This document shows positions 1-13,443 of a DNA stretch of 32,000 bases, piece after piece; the stretch's first letter is position 1, and every line of letters starts with the position of its first letter. Below the pieces are notes generated by a model. That model searched no databases. It was not told the DNA's origin and saw only the letters and a list, made by a program, of their open reading frames with translations. This DNA is from Wallemia ichthyophaga EXF-994. Lineage: Eukaryota > Fungi > Basidiomycota. The DNA lies in the NCBI RefSeq assembly GCF_000400465.1, contig NW_008806275.1, positions 369,656 through 401,655 on the forward strand, given 5' to 3'. A program made the translations under genes and the position numbers.

Positions 1-378
1 CAAATATCCCAAGCATACTCTTTTGGGCCTCTTTACTATCTTACAACAGCTTTATACACGAGTTTGGAAACCGGTTTTTTTGTTCCATTTCCGTATGCCC
101 TTTTTGATCAATACAATCAAGTTTACCATTTAATTTCCGTACTCTTCAGCCCACTTTTTAGATTCCTTACGTCAACTTGATTGAAATGCATTGAACTTTA
201 TACGTGATGGTTTTCAATAGTGGGATGCAGTGCGGTAATTCGTAGCTCTAAAACATTATTTCTTTGGTGTTAGGGATGCGAAACTAATGCTACACTCTCT
301 ATGTTCGAAGTATTTGATTACATGTATTGGTTTTATGATATCGTGATGAAGACGATAAGGATTTTAGCGGATTTGTGA
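1..378 (+). CDS. possible 3' end of an unidentified multi-exon gene entering from the left edge
   Basis: Frame from nt 2 stays open when three canonical-looking introns are removed (93-149 GTATGC..TTCAG, 171-220, 235-273), giving ...HFLDSLLGCSAGCETNATLSMFEVFDYMYWFYDIVMKTIRILADL, stop TGA 376-378. No family recognised. Confidence 0.3.
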
Positions 379-453
379 TTATTTTAATAAATAGCTAAAA
401 TTACTTCCAACAATGTGCTTAATGTGAAGCAACATTAATTATAAGACATGACT

Positions 454-3500
<3,047 letters not shown>

Positions 3501-3522
3501 CGTCACTCTGATAGACGCAATC

Positions 3523-4410
3523 ATGTCGCAAAATCTAAGTTACCTACAATCTCAACTCAACAATAGAAAGTCCCACTCTGAAAAAATCTCTTCAAGCTTG
3601 AATAAGCCTTCTCGTCATAAGGATGATTTCATTAAGTCCAATAGAGTCTTCGCATACCAGCACGAGCTTGATAAGCACGAAAGGCGGGATAGAATCAATA
3701 AACGTCGTGAAGATTTTGCACTCACTGAGGCCCAAGATGAAGCTCGTAAACAAAAGATGAAAGAAGGCATCAAACGATACAACGCACTCAAAGCCAACAA
3801 GGCTAAACCTACATCTGAAGAGAAGGATTTATTACAATTTGACGGTAATCTGACATCCGACTCTTCTGATTACGATTCAGACGATCATAATCTGGTATTT
3901 ACTTGATTACAGCTTATTATGCTGTATCTAACTTGTCGTTCACAGGATGCACTCACTGAAGCTGAGGATGAACTAGGTAGAACCGTCTTAGTCTCTAGAA
4001 GACAGAAAGAGATACTCAATCCGTTATCAAACAAGCACTACAGAGTCAAAGGGACAGCCATATATGGTGATAAATTAAGTACGGATTGGAACGTATATGA
4101 GCAAAGTCCTGAAGAGATTGAACGGTTCAAAGCTCACTATTCAGATAAGGGTTACATACGCGATCCAACAAAAGATAAAGATCAGCGTCATAAAGGAGCT
4201 TCCTTCTATAAATTTGGTGATGATTCAATTAAACAGCAACAAATCAATGACTTAAAAGCCAGTCACCATGAAACTATCATCAAGAGAGATCAAGCCGCGT
4301 ATTCATACAGAAATGCCCGTATGATGCTCGTAAAACAATATCAACCGAATAGGATAATAGGCAGAAATCGGGCGGACAATCTGATTGATGAAGCTATAAA
4401 CACATCGTAG
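3523..4410 (+). CDS. CCDC174/DUF4078-like coiled-coil protein
   Basis: ORFs 3523 and 3919 join via intron 3895-3945 (GTATTT..TCTAAC..CACAG). Motifs EAEDELGRT and DQRHKGASFYKFGDD..QQQINDLKASHHET resemble DUF4078. A probable in-frame 42-nt intron lies at 4319-4360. Confidence 0.75.
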
Positions 4411-4620
4411 CAATACAACAAGATGGCAAAGAAAATAATTAGATTGTCAATGATCGAAAATATTGTTGATAATAGCTGTCTTCGCTTCTGTTCTCCAGTG
4501 AATTTTCAATGCTGAGGTAATCGTCAAATGTTTCTGAGTCGGTATATTCATTGATTTTTTGCTCGTAATTTGTGTAACTATTGTAATATTTAAAATTGAC
4601 CTAGAAGATCTATCAAGTAC

Positions 4621-6938
4621 CTACTCCTGATATATTATTATTTCATTGCTATCAACATTTGGATCGATTGCTTGTTGAACAGCATCAATAATGTCTAACT
4701 GATGATCATCAATATCTCGCATTCTTTCCTCGATCATTTCTCCAACATCAATGCAAGATTCGTATTCGTGATTGTGATGTCCGTTATCGTCATTGACAGC
4801 ATCAACTTCAGATATAGTACCAATAGAACTATTTCTTCTGCTTGAGGGTATACTTTGCAAACTCATCCATCGTTTTACGGGCGCAAATGATCTAGTTGGA
4901 GTACTTGGAGGTGTCTTTATAGTTTGAAATGGCGACATGTTTTTTCGATTTTTAAGATTTTTGGGTAGATATTTCAGTGTACTGTTCATGTTTGTAGAGA
5001 AATGTCTCTCCAAGGATGTAAATAGTCTAGGTCGATAAAAATGCTGCCAATAGTCATGAGACAAATGAGCTTCAGCTTTGCTTTTACCCTGATACTCCAA
5101 ATCTTTTGTCTCTTTAATATTATTGTCTTGGTCAATTTTAAAAAATTCTGCTGATGGCAAAGGAATCGAGGTTAGAGAATCAAATGAAACTGAAGATGAA
5201 GTTTGTCCAAGAAATAAATCTATGGCTGCTTGCTTATCAGCGTCTAATAAAGAATTTGCGTAGTATCTCTTAATATTTTCAACGAGATCACGTGAGTGAC
5301 TGTGTATATTAGAAAGATACTAATTTAAGAGATCAACCTCACCTATTCCATTGATTAATTTTGCGATAAGTTTCCACTCGATTAACGAGCGCACTTCCGC
5401 CATACTGAAGAGCAATCGCTAAAACATTTTAACAACATTAGCAAAGTTCACGAGAAGAGGAGGCTTGAAAAGACTTACTATCACCATGATCATGGTACAT
5501 TTCAGTAAGCATATTGACAGCATCAGTATCATGTACAAGAGCAGGCTTCTCAATAATACCGAGAGCGTGCAATTGATGAGTGAAAGCCACCTTTCCAATG
5601 ACAAATTGTGCAGCATTCGTACGATCCAAACAGTCAACACAATTTGTTCTAGTTATGCCACATTGCCGCTGATCGTTTTTGGAATGATAAAACCCCGTAC
5701 TCTGAATGGAATCAATGGCAAAATTTTCCAAGAATCCTATGACATCTTGATTAGATTTAGATGCTCTTGACATGTCCCACGAGGTCATTTTGATTTTGTT
5801 ATCTTGACTTAAAAATTGATTAAGGTGTTGAATACACTCATTATAGCTATGAAGTAATTTTGATTCCCTTGGCACGCGTTCGCGACACTTTACCAAATTT
5901 AAAACAAAGGTTGGAGAGCCGTAACGTTGGAAGAGATTCTTAAAATGAATAGCAGCGTTACGATAGTAAGGATCAACAGGTGCAACTAAGGAAATTTAGT
6001 GTGGTAAGAGACAATTAAACATGAAGAAACTCACTGTTAATCATAGGCTTCAGCCCCATTTGAGGATCCTGACTCCAAAATAAAGGTACAGAACCTCTAT
6101 ATTGTAAGAATGAAGTAAAATTAGGATTAATTTTGTGATCCAAATTCTGTGAAGTGAAGGGTGTAGTTAAGGTATCAGAGACGATTTGTTCAGATTCGAC
6201 TTCATTAGCTACGTGTCCAAATTCATTTGAACCTCTTTTTAGGTATCTGGCACCGGCATAATGACGAGATCTTCTAGCGATCAAAGTGACGTAGATGACA
6301 CGACCGAAGACAATTAATTTAGATTGATCAACAAAGCCATGAATGATTGGTAGAATCCAAGAAGACTTTGGTAAATGATTTGGATTCAAGATGGGAGTGA
6401 GTAGATGATGATTCCAAATGAAGCGATCGTTGAAATGAAAGAAATTGAAAGGAAGATTGGAAGTCAAGTTAGATTGCAAAGAGCATGTCAAGTCGTAAGA
6501 GTAACTAAAGTAAAAGTTCTTACTTAAGTCGACTTGTTTGAACGTATTGAGCAATTTAGACTCAAGTTTACCTCCCAAAAACGACTTTTTTGGGGAAAAG
6601 TTAATCAATAGAGTATCGTCAACGTGATAAATGTAATGACCACCTAATAAGCAAACAGGGGATCTTCTAGTGATGAGAATGAGATAAGGGAACTTCGTGA
6701 ACTTGATAAAACCAAGAACGCCGTAAAAGTTGATAACCTTATTCAATCCACCAGATTCTAATTCAATCAATTTCAAGAGCTGATTAACATCTTTAAAAGT
6801 ATAAACGTTGTCATCATCTTCAATTTGGATTTCGATAGATTTATGTATTTTAATGACTTTATAAAAATCAAGAGATTGATTAGTACCAATAATGATGAAG
6901 CTTGATTTGATTTCATATAAAGTGAACTTGTCCAGCAT
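4621..6938 (-). CDS. FIG4: SAC-domain PI(3,5)P2 5-phosphatase
   Basis: SAC1-homology domain (FYFSYSYDLT, RRSRHYAGARYLKRG, RGSVPLFWSQ), catalytic CX5R RTNCVDCLDRTN, and FIG4-type LQYGGSALVN and DADKQAAIDLFLG after three GT-AG introns. Confidence 0.95.
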
Positions 6939-7027
6939 TTAGATGACGGCTGAGAGATAATAAGATAATCAATGGTATACAAAACAAATAATCAAATGTA
7001 ATCAAATGGATGTTGAGCGATAGATAA

Positions 7028-7940
7028 TTAACAGCAACCACCTTTCTTTGTTTCATTGTCAGAAGTTGGTGTCACGGTAATAGTTTCTCCATTTGAAGGT
7101 TTAATTGAATCGCCACCTTCTAAAGCTTTAGTTGCGACTAATTGATAGATGTCAGTTAAAATATTTTGGAAAGCAGATTCAACGTTTGTGGAATCTAAGG
7201 CTGAAGTTTCAATGAATCTAATTGGGTTAGAAGAAGGTGTACCGTCTTCTAATTTAGACTTTTCCTCTGTAAAGGATTGAGCTTCTGCGGTTGGTACAGC
7301 TCGAAGGTGTTTCAAGTCTGATTTGTTTCCAACGAGCATGATGACAATGTTTGAATCGGCGTGATCTTTTAACTCTTTCAACCAGCGTTCAACGTTTGCG
7401 AAACTAGATTGTTTACCAATATCGTAAACAAGTAAAGCACCGACAGCACCTCTGTAGTAAGCAGAAGTGATAGCTCTATAGCGTTCTTGACCAGCTTTAA
7501 GGGAGGTTAGAGAGGTTTGGTTTAGACAAAGCAGTAAAAGGAGTTACCAGTATCCCAAATTTGAGCTTTTATAGTCTTTTGATCGACTTGTAAAGATCTA
7601 GTGGCGAACTCGACGCCAATAGTAGATTTAGAGTCCATATTGAATTCATTTCTAGTGAATCTGGATAGTAGATTACTATTGAGCTGTTGAGTGAGTTTAC
7701 TTTAAGGTGAATAGATACGTCTTACGATTTACCAACACCACTATCTATAAAGTATCACTGTTTGTAAGAGTATTTGATATAATTAACAAAGCTCACCACC
7801 GATTAAAACTACGTAAATCCATGTCAATGTAGGTCAAATTGCAGGAAATTCTACTCATTTTAAACAAGTAATCATAAGAGCTTGCTTCTGTTGCCCTGTT
7901 TAAATATTAACAAGGTACAAATCACATTTTATACAAACAT
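7028..7940 (-). CDS. YPT31: Rab11/Ypt31-family small GTPase
   Basis: Spliced [78 protein letters not shown]-terminal GGCC. ATG is split by intron 7896-7938; intron 7813-7858 is probably AT-AC. Confidence 0.96.
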
Positions 7941-7998
7941 TGTGATGACTTGGCTGTTAACTACAAACTCCCAAGTTGCTGAATTTGCTCAAGTTGAT

Positions 7999-8481
7999 AT
8001 GAAATTAATTCGGTAAATCATATTTAATTTTTAAACTCAAATTAATTTATTCGCAGTTTCCTTCAGAAGCTAAATAATGAATCTGTGACGATTGAGTTGA
8101 AGAATGGTTCGATTGTACATGGTACTATGATGAGTGGGTTGCTGATTTCAACGAGTATTTCAAGTGGTATTGACACTTCCCCTCACAGACTGCGATCCCT
8201 CCATGAATGCCCACCTTCGTAGTGTTAAGCTCATCACGAGGAACCTTCCGCCTACAAACCTCGATACTATCTCCATTAGAGGAAACAACATTCGATACTT
8301 CATTCTTCCTGATTCCTTACCTTTGGATACTCTCCTTGTAGATGACGCTCCCAAGCCAAAAGTTAATAAGCGCAAAGAAGCAATCAAGGAAAGGTCAAAG
8401 TCTGTTAGAGGTTCTGGCCCTCAAAGAGGTGGTCCTAGAGGCGGTAGAGGTGGCCCTAGAGGTAGAGGTGGCCCACGTTAG
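7999..8481 (+). CDS. SMD1: small nuclear ribonucleoprotein Sm D1
   Basis: [43 protein letters not shown] plus RG/GR-rich tail; two GT-AG introns. Confidence 0.96.
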
Positions 8482-8535
8482 TATTATCCTATTTATTTGT
8501 GTACTTTTCTTCTTTTCTACCTTCTGCCATCTCCA

Positions 8536-8919
8536 ATGACTGGCTTGTCTAGATTCTTTGGATACACAGCCGCTTTAAGCTTGTTTTACTTTCTGTCCCT
8601 TTTCCATTTCATCAAAATCCCACTCATCGATCGCAGCACTTGTGATATCGCCCTACCTTTCGTAAGTAACATCACAACATGAAACACCCCAACAAACTCT
8701 CCCTATTAGATTCCGTGGTGGTTATTAGTCTCATTCGGTAGCTATTCTTTAGCCAGCATTGGCTTCGGTCTATTCACCTTCAAAGACTGTCCAGACGCGT
8801 ACACTGAGTTGCTTACTGTAAGTCCACTCAAATCCTATCAACGCCGTTTGTTAACCCTTTATCAGGAAATATCGCAAGCTAAAGACCACCTACGCTCAAA
8901 AGGTGTACATGTTGACTAG
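8536..8919 (+). CDS. DPM3: dolichol-phosphate mannosyltransferase subunit 3
   Basis: Three exons give MTGLSRFFGY..LPFIPWWLLVSFGSYSL..FTFKDCPDAYTELLTEISQAKDHLRSKGVHVD, the DPM3 signature. Confidence 0.92.
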
Positions 8920-8947
8920 ACGATACCAAGACAGCGATATTACAATA

Positions 8948-10057
8948 CTAAGATGACGACTTGCTTCTTATATGCCTACCATCATCCTTATCAGCTTCTG
9001 CAGCTACCCATATCCTCTTCTCCTTATGCATTTCCCGCGCCTGCTCTTTATTCTGTGCTATCTTCTGCGTAGATGGAAAATCCACATCCCAATACCCAGG
9101 CGGTGTTTTTGCACGTGGCCAATGCGATCTATGCCTTGAAGATCTGTCTCTATGTTCTTGTGCAGTTCCTTCACCAACTGAATTCCAGAAATCTCTACAA
9201 CAAAAACAATCACCGCCTATCATATGCTTCCTTTCCTCCTTATTTCTGACTGTCTCATTATACTTATAATTTAGACCTTTATTGTTGTCTGGGTTAATAG
9301 GGTATAACTTGTTAATTGATTGATTCTCATCAGTTTTTGGTATAGATGTTGCGTATCTTCCGCTACCTTTATTCTAAGGCTTCACTTAGTTAATTATAAC
9401 AAAGAAACTTCACCTTACTTTAAATGGATTTTGCTCGTGGTTGTTATCTGATTTGCGCCTCAATTTCCGAAGATCATCACCATTGAATTTCAATCTCTTG
9501 TTGTTATGATAGTCAAGATACTTTATTGAAGTCGGGGTGAGTTCATCATCTGAATCCCATTTAGCTTTCTTTGGAGGTGTTACGTTGATGTGTTTAGATA
9601 TCGCCTCTTTACGCTTAAATGGAGAAGCAGAAGTTGACTCTGTTGCTGAACTGGATGGTGATTGAGCTGTAGTTGAAGAAGAAGGCGAGCTTTCAAGGTT
9701 GTTGCTCGGTCTAAGAGGTTTACTCAGGTGTCGAGCGAGATTCGATTTATCTCGACTCAGTGAAAATGGTTCCCTGACCTCATCATCTTCATCGATAAGC
9801 AGCGAGTGTATGTAATTCTTTGATGGAGACGTAGACTTGGATTGCTTCTTCTCAAACCACCAAATTTTAAATTCCAGCCACGCCTTCTTATCATCATTAT
9901 ATTGCGCAACTAAATCATTATAAGACAACTGGAGCAACTCAAATCTAACCGAGAGATCCAAATGATCAGAATTATAGCAATTATAATTATTTTTATAAAA
10001 ATTATTTATTTTATTCGTTATTTCCTCCTCGAGTCGCTTTAGTAACTTGAAATCCAT
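8948..10057 (-). CDS. CTP1: Ctp1/Sae2/CtIP-family DNA end-resection factor
   Basis: ORF 9410-10057 (N-terminal coiled coil, S/T-rich linker) splices via a GTAAGG..CCTTAG intron into GRYA..INPDNNKG..VRNKEERKHMIGGDCFCCRDFW..SRHRSHWPRAKTPPGYWDVDFPSTQ (CxxC and RHR motifs). Confidence 0.9.
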
Positions 10058-10069
10058 CGTGGCTGCTGG

Positions 10070-10292
10070 TTAAGAAGAAGGATTGAGGCCTTGCGAGATG
10101 CCTTTAAATGCACCGTAAGTTCCCTTCCTTATTCCAGTGTTGGCTTGTTCAAAGTATTCTTGCACTGGATCGCCTTTACGCGGTACCTACGCATACGTCA
10201 GTTGGTCTCTGTCTGATAGCAATTCAGCATACCATTCTTGCCGTGGAAGCAGAAACAGCAGCCAAAAGTACAGCAACTTTAGTCAACCTCAT
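10070..10292 (-). CDS. 58-aa spliced small ORF with signal-peptide-like N-terminus (not in ORF track)
   Basis: ATG at 10292 (A at -3); 46-nt intron 10187-10232 (GTATGC..CTGAC..GTAG); product MRLTKVAVLLAAVSASTARMVPRKGDPVQEYFEQANTGIRKGTYGAFKGISQGLNPSS; stop 10070-10072. Confidence 0.65.
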
Positions 10293-10377
10293 TGTTGATG
10301 TTTAAAGAAATATGCCCGCGGTTGAATGAATACGCATTCCAATGCCGCGCATTTCTTGACCTGTACCGTCATTCCCC

Positions 10378-11019
10378 ATGGAATCGAATTATCCAAAGAT
10401 CGACCTTGAGTCAAAAGAACACTTGAAATTCTTAGAGGGATATTACAAGAATGAATTGTTTTCACAAGTTGATAGCAGCCAAGATGATAACGACGCGCTC
10501 AATTCACTGCTAAACACGTACTTCAACAAAACCTTCAGCTTGATACATCCAAATATTAAAATAAACGGTCAAAACTACTCAGACTTAAATTTTGATGATG
10601 ATGTCGAATTTGAACACTTTGACGATAAGCTGCGCTTACAAATGTCTGAATTAGACAGCAACATTGAACAATTACAGAACAGATTGGCCGAAAAGAGAAA
10701 GCTAGTGCCATTGGAATTGGAGGAATTGTTAACAAGACAATTAAAGAGGAAGAACACCTCAAATGTGCCTGATAAGGACCACCAAGATGGCGATGACGAT
10801 GTCAACGTCGATAAAGATCAACTTGACTTAACATTCAACAAGGACGGTCTTGAAGATATAGGCGTCAATCTTAATGACCTTTTAGCCGTGAGTTACGCGT
10901 ACATTCACGTGGTATACGCGTAATTTACTAACTTACCGTTTTAGAAATTACCACAACAAATATCAAAATTAGAGAGAACGAAGAACCTCAAAGATGACTT
11001 GAACTGTATAGAATCTTGA
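10378..11019 (+). CDS. NSL1: kinetochore Mis12-complex subunit Nsl1/Mis14-like
   Basis: PKIDLES..PNIKING..EHFDDKLRLQM..LAEKRKLVP pattern typical of Mis14/Nsl1; last intron 10888-10944, stop TGA 11017-11019. Confidence 0.75.
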
Positions 11020-11068
11020 TTTGTTTTGAAATTTGTATTATTTGTACTTTTATTTATTCTAAACGCGT
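10888..11068. promoter_or_regulatory. cluster of three MCB-type ACGCGT elements and one TCACGTG upstream of RHO4, partly inside the NSL1 intron
   Basis: ACGCGT at 10895-10900, 10916-10921 and 11063-11068; TCACGTG at 10905-10911. Confidence 0.4.
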
Positions 11069-11111
11069 CGTTCCCCGCGATCTCGCCTTCCTTAAAGTGA
11101 CACGATCACCT

Positions 11112-11873
11112 ATGAATAACACGTTACCTGCAGGTAGGAAACCTGATGTCAAGAAGAAGCTGGTTGTAACTGGTGATGGTGGATGTGGGAAGGTACGCTG
11201 GCTTAAATGCGCAGTGGAGTCGCTAACCCTAATCGATAGACGTGTTTGTTGATTGTTTACGCAGAGCATAGATTTCCTGAGGTTTGTTGGTTAGAATCAA
11301 GCAAGAATCATCTAACGAATCGTTAAAAGGAATACGTCCCCACTGTTTTTGAAAATTACGTCTCGTATCCAACATTTGATGGCAAGATAGTTGAGTTGGC
11401 GTTATGGGACACGGCTGGTCAAGAGGAATACGACAGGTTGAGACCATTGTCATATCCAGAATCCGATATTATTCTCATAGTTTTCTCGATTGATTACCCA
11501 ACATCTTTGGAGAACGTCAAGGATAAGGTTGGTGAAATGTTTACTACAGGACACCTCTAACTCGTCCATTAATCAGTGGTTCCCTGAAGTTTCTCACTTC
11601 TGCTCAGGAGTTCCAAGGATATTAGTCGGTACAAAGATAGATTTACGACAAGATCCAGAGACAAGAAGAATGTTAAGTATGCAAGGTTTGAAACCAGTAT
11701 CATACGAGCAAGGTGTCGCTGTATCTAAAGAGATCGGTGCGGCCAAGTACATTGAGTGCTCAGCGAAGAAATCTCAAGGTGTGATTGAACTGTTTGATCA
11801 AGCGCTTAAGGAATCGATGAAAGGCAAGCTGACTAAATTTGTGAAGAAGCGCAGGAATTGCGTCGTGTTGTAA
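11112..11873 (+). CDS. RHO4: Rho-family GTPase (Rho4-like)
   Basis: [60 protein letters not shown] and CAAX CVVL; three GT-AG introns. Subfamily assigned from the switch-region sequence. Confidence 0.9.
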
Positions 11874-11931
11874 TTTATTCCTAGATATCCTCCTTGTACA
11901 AACGCTTTCATCTTGATTGTTAAACTGTCCA

Positions 11932-12623
11932 ATGTTTATTCAATCACGCGAAATTTTAGATAAGAAGAGTCTCTTTGTTGCTTACTTGATTCCTGTTTCA
12001 TCTGATAAAGATGTGCGTCGCATAATGATGATTAGAAACCTCTGACATCACCAGATATCCCAAGCTAAACTTAAAATTAGACAGAGCCAGAGTAGCTCTC
12101 CTAGTCATTCCATTTCCGCCTACAGATTCGTTGGTCTTAAATCAAAGAAAATTGGCCTGAATCAGGACGACTTCACTGTCAAAACCGCTTACGATGACGA
12201 TGGCGAGAAATGGGCTGGAAAGAGAATCCTTGAGGTATTGGAGCAGACGTGAGTAATTTGTTTTGATAGCTTTGTTCTATTAATCGTTTTCAATCAAGTC
12301 AAACGCTTGACGCACTCATTGTCGTATCGCGCTGGTACGGCGGAATTATGCTAGGACCAGTACGCTTCCAGCATATAAAAGATCTAAGTCTAGAAGTTTG
12401 CAACGAGATGAAAAAGAATGAAGGGATGCGCGAGAGTTTTGAGTTGCTACAAGGCCTAGATGAAAGCATAGCAGATGTGCGAAGTAAATTAGGCATGGAG
12501 AACAAGCCGACATCCTATGATAGCATTGATTTCGTAAAATCACAGCGTCTAATCAAAGCTAGGAAGGGTACTTTAGACATTTTGAAGAAGAAATTGTCTC
12601 ATAAAGTGGAAAGTGCCAAGTAG
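11932..12623 (+). CDS. IMPACT/UPF0029 (Yih1 ancient-domain) protein without RWD domain
   Basis: Spliced MFIQSREILDKKSLFVAY..SHSISAYRF..YDDDGEKWAGKRILEVL..VVSRWYGGIMLGPVRFQHI. Confidence 0.85.
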
Positions 12624-12799
12624 AAAGTAGGCCAGTTTAAAGCATTTCAGATGGTGCTTTATCGCGCTCCACCTATTATTATGTGGATATAAAGACACTT
12701 CACGCTGCAATTCGATTCAAGGAGACGTCTGTTAACATGATTGGATATGATTATTATAATTGGATGTATGTATGATTGAAATTGTTATTGTTAAGGGAT

Positions 12800-13407
12800 C
12801 TATCCGTAGACGAGACTGAGTATAAGTTAGAGCGTGTAAGGTAGAGAAGGAAATAACCCACCGGAAAACGTCATTTTGCACATAATAAGAACCATCTTCC
12901 GGCATAAGTTGGAATACTTGTGAGAAAGGAATAGGGTTTGGGCTGTCGTCAACCATAAGCTGACCAGTAACCAATACCAACAAAGAAGCGACGGATCCGG
13001 ATGAAGGCTGAGCGTCAATGGTGTCTGTCTTGTGAGCAACTTTCTGGAAAGGGAGCGATTCCAGCTTTTCAAGGATAGAGTTCACGCCCAAGATCTGGTT
13101 AGACTCCCAAGTTAGCATGCTTCCATCGCGCTGTGAATTGTGAGGTGGATAGGTTGGTGGTGGAGTTACGCACGTATAAACCGCGGAGATTAGCTCTGTT
13201 TGAATCGAAAGTGGAGTAGTAGAACTGGTTATTAGAGTGAGTGGTATTGATAACCCAACGATTCAGCTGCCCACCTGCGTAAACTAAAACCCATGAGAAC
13301 CGCGGTCGATAAGTTAGAAGTTGTAAACTCACTTGAGCTGCAATTGTGTTTGGATCAGACCTATCAGAGTTTAGCAATTTCAAAGGAATTTTGAATATTT
13401 TTTACAT
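12800..13407 (-). CDS. NTF2: nuclear transport factor 2
   Basis: Spliced [68 protein letters not shown]. ATG split by intron 13361-13405; 9-nt microexon 13275-13283. Confidence 0.95.
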
Positions 13408-13443
13408 CTTTTGATCACCGTATACAACAGAGTGCTTTTGGTT

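Noticed and set aside
11223-11232. CTAACCCTAA resembling a telomerase RNA template
   Set aside because: It lies at the branch point (CTAAC) of a short RHO4 intron; no room or structure for a telomerase RNA.
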